A DNA stretch of 64,000 nt from Oscillospiraceae bacterium (GCA_021770845.1 JAETQF010000011.1:17637-81636); one strand, 5' to 3'; positions 29,367 to 39,380 are shown, counted from the first letter of the stretch. Program-made: numbers and translations. Notes: generated by a model not told the origin, from the sequence alone.

Positions 29367-30161
29367 ATGACCAAAACCGAGCTGTTAAACAAATTCTCAA
29401 AAGACCCGGAGGAGCGCGTCGTCCTGGCCCGGGCCCTGGATCAGATGGATCGGGCGGCCAACCGCTCCATCCCCTGCGCCACCCAGTTCCTGTCGCCGGC
29501 CCAGCGGGCGGCGCTGGAGCCGCTCATCGCCGCCTGCGGCCACCCCAGCCACCTGTTCCACGGCGGCTTTGCGGGGGCGGAGCGCACCGTCTGCGTGTTC
29601 CTTCCCGACTGGCAGGAGCCGGACGACTGGGAGCCGTCGGACGAGCTGGCCGCCATTGAGTGCGCCTACCCGCCCACCGGGGCCGAGCTCACCCACCGGG
29701 ATCTGCTGGGGGGCCTGATGGGCATTGGCCTCACCCGGGAGAAGGTGGGGGACATTTTGGTGGGGGAGCAGGCCGCCCAGCTCGTCTGCCTGAAGGACGC
29801 CGCCCCCATCATCCTCGCCCAGTTCGATCAGGCGGGGCGGTATCGGTTGAAGCTGCGGGAGATCCCCCTGTCCGATCTCGCCCCCGCCCCGGCGGAGGTG
29901 AAGGTCATCCACGACACGGTGTCCACCCTGCGGCTGGACGCGGTGCTGGCTTCCGGCTTCTCCCTGGCCCGGGGAAAGGCGGCGGACGCCGTCACCGGGG
30001 GCCGGGTGGCCCTCAACCACCGGGAATGCCTCAAGCCGGACAAGCTGGTGGAGCAGGGGGACGTGCTCACCTGCCGGGGGCTGGGCAAGTGCGTGCTGAA
30101 GGCCGTGGGGGGCCAGTCCCGGAAGGGCCGGATTATCATTGAGATCGAGAGGTATTTATAA
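29367..30161 (+). CDS. ylmH: YlmH/Sll1252 S4-domain RNA-binding protein
   Basis: FLSP, GG..AER, HRDLLG, LRLDAV, RGLGK. Confidence 0.85.
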   Translation: MTKTELLNKFSKDPEERVVLARALDQMDRAANRSIPCATQFLSPAQRAALEPLIAACGHPSHLFHGGFAGAERTVCVFLPDWQEPDDWEPSDELAAIECAYPPTGAELTHRDLLGGLMGIGLTREKVGDILVGEQAAQLVCLKDAAPIILAQFDQAGRYRLKLREIPLSDLAPAPAEVKVIHDTVSTLRLDAVLASGFSLARGKAADAVTGGRVALNHRECLKPDKLVEQGDVLTCRGLGKCVLKAVGGQSRKGRIIIEIERYL

Positions 30162-30368
30162 ATGGATCAGAAGAAGATCGACCGCATCAACGAGTTCGCC
30201 CGCCGGGTGAAGGCGGGGGAGACCCTCACCCCGGCGGAGCTGGCCGAGCGGGACGCCCTGCGCAAGGAGTATATCGCCAGCGTGAAGGCCAGCCTGGTGG
30301 GCCAGCTGGAGAACACCTACCTGGTGGAGCCGGACGGCACCAAGCATAAGCTGCCCAAGCGGACATGA
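30162..30368 (+). CDS. DUF896 (UPF0291/YnzC) protein
   Basis: KIDRINE..K...LT.AE..ER..LR.EY. Confidence 0.88.
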   Translation: MDQKKIDRINEFARRVKAGETLTPAELAERDALRKEYIASVKASLVGQLENTYLVEPDGTKHKLPKRT

Positions 30369-30422
30369 AGGGCGGCGCACGGCGCCGGCCGGCCAGAGAA
30401 AAGGAACCGTCCGCAAAAACAC

Positions 30423-30453
30423 AAAAAAGCCTGCCGCATTGCGGCAGGCTTTT
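30423..30453. terminator. bidirectional intrinsic terminator
   Basis: AAAAAAGCCTGCCGCA-TT-GCGGCAGGCTTTT between convergent genes. Confidence 0.8.
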
Positions 30454-30467
30454 CCCGTTTCAGAGGA

Positions 30468-30686
30468 TTAGTCCTCCACCACGGCCACCACGTTGGTGGC
30501 GCGGACGCCCTTGGCGCCCCGGGGATCGGGCTCGGTCTCGAAGGTGACCTTCTGGCCCTCCAGCAGCTTCTTGTAGCCCTCGGCCACGATGGCGGAGAAG
30601 TGCACGAACACGTCCTCGCTGCCGTCGTCGGGAGTGATGAAGCCGTAGCCCTTCTCAGCGTTGAACCACTTGACAGTACCGCTCAT
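30468..30686 (-). CDS. cold-shock protein
   Basis: [15 protein letters not shown] (RNP1), DVFVHFSAI (RNP2); AGGAGG RBS. Confidence 0.95.
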   Translation of the reverse strand: MSGTVKWFNAEKGYGFITPDDGSEDVFVHFSAIVAEGYKKLLEGQKVTFETEPDPRGAKGVRATNVVAVVED

Positions 30687-30803
30687 TTCCTGTTTCCTCC
30701 TTATTTGTAAAAAATCGCTTTGAAGATGGATGAAGAAAGTCCGCCCCTTTCGTATGTACGAAGGGGCGGACACAAGTCAGTTCATACATCAAAAACCACT
30801 ATC

Positions 30804-30832
30804 ACTATAGCATTTAGTGAAAAGATTGTCAA
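30804..30832 (-). promoter_or_regulatory. sigma-A promoter of the csp gene
   Basis: TTGACA-17-TATAGT with TGn extension. Confidence 0.75.
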
Positions 30833-30947
30833 GAGAATTTTCACAAAAATCTGAGAAAATAAAAATTGTGGAATAAATTTTCGCCATTTTAGACATATTT
30901 CCTCTGAAACCGCCTCGTTTTTACAAAAACTGCCAGAACCCATCATT

Positions 30948-31712
30948 TTATTCCTGGATCTGGTAAAACCGAAGGCCGTTCTCAAAGGTGATCCGCTGGC
31001 ACTCCTCCGGCGAAATGCCCCGCAGCTCCGCCAGCCGCTCACAGGTGTGGCGCGCCAGCCCGGAGTGGTTCCGCTCCCCCCGGTGGGGGACGGGGGCCAT
31101 ATAGGGGCTGTCCGTCTCGATCATGATCCGATCCAGGGGGACGGCCTGGGCGGCCTCCACCGCCTTCCGGGCGTTTTTGTAGGTGAGCACCCCGGTGAAG
31201 GAGATCATCCAGCCTAAGCCCACCAGCTCCCTGGCCATCTCGGCGCTGCCGGAGAAGCAGTGGAACACCCCCCGCACCCGGGGGAACTCCCGGACGATGG
31301 CCATACTGTCCCCGTGGGCCTCCCGGTCGTGGACGATGACCGGCAGATCCAGCTCCTCCGCCAGGGCCAGCTGGGCCCGGAACACCTTCTGCTGGAGCTC
31401 CCGGGGGTTGTCCTTCCAGTAGTAGTCCAGCCCGATCTCCCCGATGGCCACCACCTTGGGGTGGGCGGCCAGGGAGCGCAACTCGTCCACGTGGATGTCC
31501 CGCCAGCCGCCGCAGTCCTCTGGGTGGACGCCTACGGCGGCATAGACGAAGGGATACTGTTCCGCGATGGCGATGGCCTTGCGGGAGCTGTCCAGATCGC
31601 AGCCGGGGTTGACTACCAGCCCCACCCCCTGGCCGGGCAGGGCGGACAGCACCGCGTCCCGGTCGGCGTCGAACTGGCGGGAATCATAGTGGGCATGGGT
31701 GTCGAACAGCAT
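30948..31712 (-). CDS. TatD family hydrolase/DNase
   Basis: FDTHAH, GVHP, GEIGLDY, HDREAH, HCFSG, ETDSPY. Confidence 0.95.
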   Translation of the reverse strand: MLFDTHAHYDSRQFDADRDAVLSALPGQGVGLVVNPGCDLDSSRKAIAIAEQYPFVYAAVGVHPEDCGGWRDIHVDELRSLAAHPKVVAIGEIGLDYYWKDNPRELQQKVFRAQLALAEELDLPVIVHDREAHGDSMAIVREFPRVRGVFHCFSGSAEMARELVGLGWMISFTGVLTYKNARKAVEAAQAVPLDRIMIETDSPYMAPVPHRGERNHSGLARHTCERLAELRGISPEECQRITFENGLRFYQIQE

Positions 31713-31771
31713 GGGGGTTCCTCCTTTTCGGGGCGCAAAAAAGGGCCGGACGGCCCTTTTCCGCAGGTGAT

Positions 31772-32320
31772 TTATTTTTCCTCAGCGGTAAAGGAGACGA
31801 AGAAGGTATTCCCTTCGACGCCGTCCAGGTTGTCCGGGTTCTCGGTGTCCTCGTAGATCTCCTGGAAGGCGATGACGAAGTCCCGGAAGTCCTCCGGCAC
31901 CTCGTAAACCGCCGTGCCGGCCCTGGTTTCGTTGATCTTCAGGATATACTCGTCGGGGAACTGATCGTCGCTGATCCCGGCGGGGAGGGCCAGAGTGGCG
32001 CCGTCCTCACTGTCCCAGAGGATGGCGAAGTCGTCCCCCCACATATCCACGGACTGGCCGCAGGTGTTTTTCAGGGAGATGGCGGCCACCACCAGCTTGT
32101 TCCCGGCGCCGGCGGTGTAGCTGCCGTACTGGGCGCAGCTGTAGGCGTCGCTCACCGTGAAATCGAACCACTCGGTGGACAGGGTGTCGCCCACGAAGCC
32201 CTTCTTCAGGCCGGGCTCGCCGCTGCCGCCGCCGGGGTTGAGGTTCAGCCCGCCCTCGCCGCAGGCGGCCAGGGACAGGGCCATCGTCAGAGACAGAAGA
32301 ATGGAAGCCAGCCGTTTCAT
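31772..32320 (-). CDS. lipoprotein, DUF4352-like Ig fold
   Basis: Lipobox LAAC; beta-rich body with G..VYEVP motif. Confidence 0.65.
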   Translation of the reverse strand: MKRLASILLSLTMALSLAACGEGGLNLNPGGGSGEPGLKKGFVGDTLSTEWFDFTVSDAYSCAQYGSYTAGAGNKLVVAAISLKNTCGQSVDMWGDDFAILWDSEDGATLALPAGISDDQFPDEYILKINETRAGTAVYEVPEDFRDFVIAFQEIYEDTENPDNLDGVEGNTFFVSFTAEEK

Positions 32321-32773
32321 AAAATGCACCTCTTTTTTCTCAAGGAGCCGCCGCCCGTCCGCCCCGCCCGGCGCGGCAGGGGGATCGCGCGGCCTTCCTC
32401 CGTGGGCCCGCGGCCCCCAGACGCGCGAAAGCACGCCTTCTTCTCTCAGACTTACGTGAGTGAAGTGTAGCACAATCCGGCGGAATTGTCCACAATTTTT
32501 CGCGGAGCCCGGGATCGCGCCGGGGGTTGCCGCGCCTGCTTCGGCGGAACCCTCCGGACAAAGAAAAGAATTCTGTGCCCACTTTTTCCGTTTCCACCAA
32601 ATTTCCCCCGGTTTCGCCCCGTGAAACCCGACAGTTTATAAAATTTCTAAAAAACGCTGGGAAATTGGGGGTGGGATATGCTATAATATTACCATTGCCG
32701 CGGGCCGCGGCGGAGCGCAAAAACAGATGCCGGAAGCGACCTGCCATGGGGCGGCGGAAGCCGCCGGGAAGGG

Positions 32774-34546
32774 ATGAACGAGCCTATGGGCATTGCGGAC
32801 GTGATCTCGCTGCTGGGCGGGCTGGCCTTTTTCCTGTTCGGCATGAGCCTGTTGGGGGACGGGCTGAAACGGGTGGCGGGCAGCAGCCTGGAAACCATTT
32901 TGGGCAGGCTGACCTCCAACCCGGTGAAGGGGGTGCTGCTGGGCGCGCTGGTGACGGCGGTGATTCAGTCCTCCTCCGCCACCACGGTGATGGTGGTGGG
33001 CTTTGTCAACGCGGGCATCATGCAGCTGTCCAACGCCGTGGGCATCGTCATGGGGGCCAACATCGGCACCACCGCCACCGGCTGGATCCTCACCCTGGCC
33101 GACGTGGAGGGAGGGGGCGGCTTTACCTCCGACACCGTCTTTGCCGCCGTGGCCTTTGTGGGCATCGTGCTGTTCTTCTTCTGCCGGAAGCAGACCAAGA
33201 AAAATGTGGGCCTGATTCTGCTGGCCTTTTCCGTCCTCATGAGCGGGATGCAGGCCATGAGCTCCGCCATGGATCCCCTGCGCACCAATGAGGCGTTTTT
33301 GCAGTTCATCTCCGCGGCCTCCAACCCGGCGGTGTCCCTGATCATCGGGCTTATCGTCACCGCCGTGATCCAGTCCTCCTCCGCCTCCATCGGTATTTTG
33401 CAGGCCCTGTCCGTCACCGGGGCCATCAGCTATGAGGTGGCGGTGCCCATGGTGCTGGGTATGTGCATCGGCGCCTGCGTGCCGGTGCTGCTGTCCGCCA
33501 TCGGGGCCAATCCCAACGGCAAGCGCACCGCCGTCATTTACTTATATTTTAATATTGTAGGATCGATGCTGTTCATGATCCCCTTCTATCTGCTCCACGC
33601 CTTTGTGCCCATGGACTTCATGGCCCAGGCCGCCAACCCCTTCGGCATCGCCGTCTTTAACACGGTGTTCAAGGTGGCCGCCACTCTGGTGCAGCTCCCG
33701 TTCACGGGGGTGCTGGTGCGGCTGGCGGTGCTGACGGTGCGGGAAGACAGCTCCGAGGAGGACGAGGAGTTTCAGGAGAACCTGCTGGACGAGCGGTTCC
33801 TGAACTACCCGCCCCTGGCGCTGGAGCAGTGCGGCCGGACGGTGGAGCGGATGGCCGCCGCCTCCTTCAAGAACCTGAACCGCTCGATGGATCTGTTCAG
33901 CGCCTTCAACCCGGAGAAATATGAGAAGATCATGGGCCGGGAGAACGTGGTGGATCGGTATGAGGATCGGATCGGCACCTACCTGTTCCACCTGAACAGC
34001 CGGGGGCTGGACGAGCAGCAGACCATCATCAGCTCCCACTACCTCCACTGCCTCACGGATCTGGAGCGTATCTCTGACCACGCGGTGCACATCGCGGAGC
34101 TGGCCAAGGAGATCACCGACAAGGAGCTGGACTTCTCCGCCAGCGGGGTGGCGGATCTGAACCGGGCGGTAAACGCGGTGCGGGAGATCGCGGCGCTGGC
34201 CCAGCAGGCCCTGGCCCAGGAGGACATGGCGCTGGCCGGCCGGGTGGAGCCCCTGGAGGAGGTCATCAGCACCATGCTGGAGGGCATGAAGCTGCGCCAC
34301 ATCCGGCGGCTCCAGAACGGCACGTGCACGCTGGAGGTGGGCTTCGTGTTCAACGATCTCATCACCGACTTCGAGCGGGTGGCCGCCCACTGCTCCAACG
34401 TGGCCCTGGCGGTGCTGGAGCTGCGGGACGGCGATCTGCAGTTCCACGACTATACCCGGGGCGTGCGCCAGGGGGATCAGCCGGAGTTCCGCCGGTGGCT
34501 GGCCTGCTACCGGGACAAATATCTCACCGCCCCCACCGGGGAGTGA
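32774..34546 (+). CDS. Na/Pi cotransporter family protein with PhoU-like domains (paralog 1)
   Basis: Two QSSS motifs, GANIGTT, ERISDHA. Confidence 0.92.
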   Translation: MNEPMGIADVISLLGGLAFFLFGMSLLGDGLKRVAGSSLETILGRLTSNPVKGVLLGALVTAVIQSSSATTVMVVGFVNAGIMQLSNAVGIVMGANIGTTATGWILTLADVEGGGGFTSDTVFAAVAFVGIVLFFFCRKQTKKNVGLILLAFSVLMSGMQAMSSAMDPLRTNEAFLQFISAASNPAVSLIIGLIVTAVIQSSSASIGILQALSVTGAISYEVAVPMVLGMCIGACVPVLLSAIGANPNGKRTAVIYLYFNIVGSMLFMIPFYLLHAFVPMDFMAQAANPFGIAVFNTVFKVAATLVQLPFTGVLVRLAVLTVREDSSEEDEEFQENLLDERFLNYPPLALEQCGRTVERMAAASFKNLNRSMDLFSAFNPEKYEKIMGRENVVDRYEDRIGTYLFHLNSRGLDEQQTIISSHYLHCLTDLERISDHAVHIAELAKEITDKELDFSASGVADLNRAVNAVREIAALAQQALAQEDMALAGRVEPLEEVISTMLEGMKLRHIRRLQNGTCTLEVGFVFNDLITDFERVAAHCSNVALAVLELRDGDLQFHDYTRGVRQGDQPEFRRWLACYRDKYLTAPTGE

Positions 34547-34636
34547 TGGGGTATTGACATATGCGCCCCCGATTGTTTATAATCGGAGAGGATAAAACTT
34601 GGATCCCCGCCTGGGGATCCCGAAGGGGTGGCCGGC

Positions 34637-35365
34637 ATGGGCTTTTTTTCCCACCTGCTGGGGCGGGACTACGACTACGAGGACGAGGACGATCAGGAGG
34701 AGGGCTCCGGCGTACTGCCTGATCTCCACAACGGCATGAGCCTGACGGTGGAGACGCCGGAGGGCCAGGAGCTTTTGGTGGGCCGGCTCACCGGTTACGC
34801 GCCGGGGGACTCGTCCCTGACGCTGGAGCGGCTGCCGGGGGGGCTGTCCTTCAAGACCCGGGAGATCGGCACGTCGCTGCTGATCCGGGGCTTCGACGAG
34901 CAGATGAGCCAGTTTGTTCTGAAGGGCACCGTGCAGGAGTCCACCCGGCTGGTGTGCCGGGTGAAGGATGTGAAGATGCGGCCCATCTCGGAGCACCGGC
35001 AGAACTTCCGCCTCCACGTGAACGGCCCGGCGGCGCTGTACTATCCCACCGACGAGACCCGGAGCAATCCGGAGGAGTGCGTTCTGGTGGACATCAGCAG
35101 CGGCGGGGCGTGCATCGAGTCGGAGTTCCTCCACGCGGAGGACGAGGTGCTGCGGCTGTGGGTGAAGCTGCGGGACTATGTGCCCATGGAGTTCATGGGG
35201 GAGATCATCCGGGTGGTGGAGTTCCAGCCCGGCAAGTTCCGCTACGGCTTCCTGTTCGCCCAGCTCAAGGAGTCGGAGCTCACCGAGCTGACCCGGACGC
35301 TGTATAACGTCCAGGTGGGCAACGTGATCCCCCGGCGGCGGAGCGACGACACCGGGCACTGGTGA
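34637..35365 (+). CDS. PilZ-domain c-di-GMP receptor (YcgR-like architecture)
   Basis: RQNFR (RxxxR) and DISSGG (DxSxxG); TTGACA..TATAAT promoter upstream. Confidence 0.85.
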   Translation: MGFFSHLLGRDYDYEDEDDQEEGSGVLPDLHNGMSLTVETPEGQELLVGRLTGYAPGDSSLTLERLPGGLSFKTREIGTSLLIRGFDEQMSQFVLKGTVQESTRLVCRVKDVKMRPISEHRQNFRLHVNGPAALYYPTDETRSNPEECVLVDISSGGACIESEFLHAEDEVLRLWVKLRDYVPMEFMGEIIRVVEFQPGKFRYGFLFAQLKESELTELTRTLYNVQVGNVIPRRRSDDTGHW

Positions 35366-35390
35366 CCGGAAGCGGGAAAGGAAATGACAG

Positions 35391-35612
35391 GAGGCCGCCC
35401 CCGTTTGACGGGGGCGGCCTTGAACTGTCGAAAAAATTGCTTCTGTTTCGTTATCGGGAAGGAAGATAGTGTGAAAGAAACCCAGGAGGGGTGTCTTTCA
35501 CGTTCAATCAACGAATTTTTGGAACGTTCTTTGTTCCAAAAATTCGCGCTCAGCGTGGCGAAAAGACTTTTTCGACACGCTGAGGCCGCCTCCGTTTGAC
35601 GGGGGCGGCCTT
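35391..35612. mobile_element. MITE-like element between duplicated terminator hairpins
   Basis: 31-bp near-identical direct repeats (35391-35421, 35582-35612) flank ~160 bp bounded by TGTCGAAAAA...TTTTTCGACA inverted repeats. Confidence 0.72.
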
Positions 35613-35768
35613 TTCATAAGATTTTCCAGAATAGGGTAAAACGCTGGTTTAAACGCGATATTACACCTGGTATTTTGGATGGAATGCACAAAAAAGAAGG
35701 GGCACTTTCTTAAAATGTGCCCCTTGAAACAAAAGCGGGAACTTGTTATAATAAAACCGGTGATCGAA

Positions 35769-36293
35769 ATGGTGTACGTCTGTGATAACTGCGGCTTCCT
35801 ATTCAGCAGGGCCGAAGCACAGGATCGGTGCCCCGATTGCGGGGGGCGCATGGTCAGGTCCGCGAATGCGGTTGAACAGAGCGAATTTGTCTCACAGGTG
35901 GCGGAGCTGCTGCGGGACGGACGGGAGCTGGAGCCCCGGTTCCCCAATCTGGTGGAAACGGAGATCTCCATGCTCAACAGCTTTGCCTTCAAGCTGCCCG
36001 CCACCGCCCTGCAGATCGACAGCGGGACGATGGTGGACGTGCTGGTGGAGTATGGGGAAAATTCCGCCGACCGGAACGAGCTTATCGCCAATGTGTGGGC
36101 GCGGCTGGTGGGGGGCGGAACGTGCCGGTTCCTCATGCCCGTGCGCCTGCCCGGCCGGGAGGGCGAGCCCCAGCGGGATCAGGTCAACCGCATCTTCGCG
36201 GCGCTGAACGAGAACGGGACATTCAAGGTAAAGCTGTATGACTTTGTGGCCGCCCAGCTCCAGGGCGCGGCGGACGGGGTTGACAGGACATGA
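35769..36293 (+). CDS. hypothetical protein with N-terminal zinc ribbon
   Basis: CDNC...CPDCG; TTGAAA-17-TATAAT promoter at 35724-35752. Confidence 0.65.
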   Translation: MVYVCDNCGFLFSRAEAQDRCPDCGGRMVRSANAVEQSEFVSQVAELLRDGRELEPRFPNLVETEISMLNSFAFKLPATALQIDSGTMVDVLVEYGENSADRNELIANVWARLVGGGTCRFLMPVRLPGREGEPQRDQVNRIFAALNENGTFKVKLYDFVAAQLQGAADGVDRT

Positions 36294-36345
36294 TGGAGGA
36301 CGGCCCCCTTGAGGGGGCTGTCCTTTTCTCCGCGTTCAGCTGGAC

Positions 36346-37179
36346 TCACGCGCCGCTGCGCCGCCGCTTCCGGTACTCCATGGGGGTGATCCCCTCCACC
36401 CGGCTGAAGCACTGGGAGAAGTAGCTGGAGGAGGAGAAGCCCACGATCTGGGCGATGAGGGAGAGGTTGTGATCCGTCTCCCGAAGGAGGAAGCGGCTCT
36501 CCGCGATCCGCCGGGAGATCAGGTAGTTGATGGGGGAGGTGCCGAACTCCTGCCGGAAGGCGTGGGCCAGGTAGAATTTGTTCAGGTGGGCCAGCTCCGC
36601 CAGCTGATCCAGCTTGAGATCCTCCTTGAAGTGGTTGTCGATGTACCGCCGCACCAGGTCGCACTCCCGGCTGGCCCTCCCCCCGGCGGCCTCGGCGGAC
36701 AGGGCCGCCTCCCCCTGCCGCCCCAGCTGGATGAGCACCACCCGCAGCAGACTGCGGCAGGCGTCCTCAAAACCGGGCTGGGCGTCGTGGGCCTCCCGGA
36801 GCATCAGGTGGAGGCAGCTCATCAGATCGTCCCAGCCGTGGTGGAGGTGGAGCATGGTGTATCCCTCCGCGCCGGCCATGGTCTCCAGGTTCTCCACCCC
36901 CAGCACGATGTATTCCAGGGGGCTGTCCCACTGGCTCAGCTCAGTGTGGGGGATGTTGTTGTTGATGATGATCAGATCCCGGATGGACACGGGGAACTCG
37001 CTGTCCTGGGTGCGGAAGCGGCCGTGGCCGTCGGTGATGAAGAACAGCTCGGCGCAGCCGTGGGTGTGCAGGCTGGAGTTCTAGGTGGGGGAATACTGAT
37101 CCTGGCTGATGTAGAGCAGCTGCGAGGTCTCGCGGCCGGACGGCTCGGGGGCCGTCCGGGAAAAGCTGTAGGTGCTCAC
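36346..37179 (-). pseudogene. AraC-family regulator interrupted by an in-frame TAG at codon 33
   Basis: GGAGG RBS and GTG 37179; reads MSTYSF...YSPT*NSSLHTHGCAELFF (cupin) in frame into an AraC HTH (VGFSSSSYFSQCF); stop at 37081-37083. Confidence 0.8.
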
Positions 37180-37357
37180 GGGGCGGGGCCTCCTCTCCGG
37201 GCGTCAGGTGCATTGATTATAAACCACTTTCCCGGTTTTCGCAAGAACTATAAAAACCCGGGCAACAAAAGGCTTTCCAACGGGGCTGGAAACAGGTATA
37301 CTATTCCGGTGAGGACAAGAAAACACGCCGCTTTGCGGCTGGAAGGGATGACGGCTT

Positions 37358-38515
37358 ATGAAGGAGCAGCCCACCCCCCGCGTGGATCGGGAGCTGGTGC
37401 TGGCCCAGCTGGACTTCTGCCGGGAAAAGGTGGACGCCCTGCTGCCCCGGTTCCAGTGCAGCTTTCCCGCCCCCAGCAGTGAGGGGCTGATCTACCCCGC
37501 CCAGGAGGAGAATTTCGACTGGACGACCTCCTTTTTCTCCGGAATGCTGTGGCTGCTGTGGGAGCACACCGGGGACGGAACGTACCTGGACGCGCTGGAG
37601 CCCCAGCTGCGCTCCTTCTACGAGCGGGTGGAGAAGCCGGGAAACGTGGACACCCATGACCTGGGCTTTCTCTACAGCCTGTCCTGCTACCCGGCGGCTG
37701 TGCTCCGCCAGGATCAGCGGGCCCGGGACTGCTTTTTGAAGGCGGCGGACTATCTCCTGGCCCGGTACTTCCCCAAGGCGGGCATCCTCCAGGCCTGGGG
37801 GGATCTGAACGACCCCGCCAACCGGGGACGGATGATCATCGACTGCCTGATGAACCTGCCCCTGCTGTACCAGGCGGCCCGGCTCACCGGGCGGGAGGAA
37901 TACCGCAGCGCGGCCTACAGCCACGCCAAGCGGGCCCAGCGGTATCTGGTCCGCCCGGACGACACCACCTTCCACACCTTCTATATGGACGTGGACACCG
38001 GGGAGCCCCGGTTCGGCCGCACCGCCCAGGGCTACAGCGACAGCTCCTGCTGGGCCCGGGGGCAGGCGTGGGGGGTGTACGGCTTCGCCCTCAGCTTCCA
38101 CCACACCGGGGATCGCTCCTTCCTGGACACGTCCTGCCGCCTGCTGGACTACTTCCTGGCCCGGCTGCCGGAGGACGGGGTGTGCTGCTGGGATCTGTGC
38201 TTCACCGGCGGGGATGAGCCCCGGGACAGCTCCGCCGCCGCCATCCTGTGCTGCGGCATTCTGGAGCTGCTGCGCCACCTGCCCCTCACCCACCCCCGGC
38301 GGGGGGACTACGAGGCCGCCCTCCACCGGATCCTGGCGTCCCTGGCCCGGGACTACACCACCCGGGACACGCCCCGGGCGGACGGCCTGCTGCTCCACGG
38401 GGTGTACTCCAAGCCCGACGGCGTCGGGGTGGACGAGTGCATGATCTGGGGGGACTACTACTACATGGAGGCGCTGTTCCGCCTGCTCTACGGCACCTGC
38501 GCCTACTGGCTGTGA
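37358..38515 (+). CDS. ugl: GH88 unsaturated glucuronyl hydrolase
   Basis: WTTSFF.G, HDLGF, IIDCLMN, SCWARGQAW, DSSA, WGDYYY.EAL. Confidence 0.92.
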   Translation: MKEQPTPRVDRELVLAQLDFCREKVDALLPRFQCSFPAPSSEGLIYPAQEENFDWTTSFFSGMLWLLWEHTGDGTYLDALEPQLRSFYERVEKPGNVDTHDLGFLYSLSCYPAAVLRQDQRARDCFLKAADYLLARYFPKAGILQAWGDLNDPANRGRMIIDCLMNLPLLYQAARLTGREEYRSAAYSHAKRAQRYLVRPDDTTFHTFYMDVDTGEPRFGRTAQGYSDSSCWARGQAWGVYGFALSFHHTGDRSFLDTSCRLLDYFLARLPEDGVCCWDLCFTGGDEPRDSSAAAILCCGILELLRHLPLTHPRRGDYEAALHRILASLARDYTTRDTPRADGLLLHGVYSKPDGVGVDECMIWGDYYYMEALFRLLYGTCAYWL

Positions 38516-38537
38516 TATTTTTAAGGAGGAAAACAAA

Positions 38538-39380
38538 ATGGACATTCGCTACAGCGCAAATCAGAGGGACGTAAAACGCTACACCACCCAGGAGCTCCGG
38601 GACGAGTTCCTCATCCAGGATCTGTACCAGCCCGACACGGTGCAGGCGGTGTACTCCCACGTGGATCGGATGGTGACCCTGGGGATCATGCCGGTGAAGG
38701 AGACCGTCCCCATGGACAAGGGCATCGACGTGTGGCACAACTTCGGCACCAGCTTCTTCCTGGAGCGCCGGGAGGCGGGCTTCTTCAACCTGGGGGGCGA
38801 CGGCGTGTGCACGGTGGACGGCACGCAGTACCCCATGGGCCACAAGGACTGCATCTATATCACCCGGGGCGCCCGGGAGGTGACCTTCCAGAGCGCCGAC
38901 CCGGCCAATCCCGCCCGGTTCTACGGCGTGTCCGCCCCGGCCCACTGCTCCTATGAGACGAGGCTGATCAAGCTGGCGGACGCGGCCAAGAAGCCCCTGG
39001 GGGCGCTGGAGACCTCCAACAAGCGGGTGATCAACCAGTTCATCCACCCGGACGTGCTCAAGACCTGCCAGCTGTCCATGGGCATGACGGTGCTGGAGCC
39101 GGGCAGCGTGTGGAACACCATGCCCGCCCACACCCACGAGCGCCGGATGGAGATCTACACCTACTTCGACATCCCCGAGGGGAACGTGGTGTTCCACTTC
39201 ATGGGGGAGCCCCAGGAGACCCGGCACCTCGTCATGCGCAACTACGACGCGGTGATCTCCCCCTCCTGGTCCATCCACGCCGGGGCGGGCACCGGCAGCT
39301 ATACCTTCATCTGGGCCATGGGCGGCGAGAACCAGGCCTTCGACGACATGGACGGCATCGCCACGGAGGATCTGAAATAA
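38538..39380 (+). CDS. kduI: 5-dehydro-4-deoxy-D-glucuronate isomerase
   Basis: YSHVDR, FLERRE, WNTMPAHTHERRME, SPSWSIH, GENQAFDDMD. Confidence 0.96.
   Translation: MDIRYSANQRDVKRYTTQELRDEFLIQDLYQPDTVQAVYSHVDRMVTLGIMPVKETVPMDKGIDVWHNFGTSFFLERREAGFFNLGGDGVCTVDGTQYPMGHKDCIYITRGAREVTFQSADPANPARFYGVSAPAHCSYETRLIKLADAAKKPLGALETSNKRVINQFIHPDVLKTCQLSMGMTVLEPGSVWNTMPAHTHERRMEIYTYFDIPEGNVVFHFMGEPQETRHLVMRNYDAVISPSWSIHAGAGTGSYTFIWAMGGENQAFDDMDGIATEDLK

Noticed and set aside
32340-32770. Riboswitch or Pho boxes in the long divergent intergenic region
   Set aside because: GC-rich stems but no recognisable aptamer consensus or convincing TT(A/T)ACA repeats
37081-37083. Pyrrolysine or programmed read-through of the AraC TAG
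   Set aside because: No pyl genes in the window; a single TGG-to-TAG change is more parsimonious
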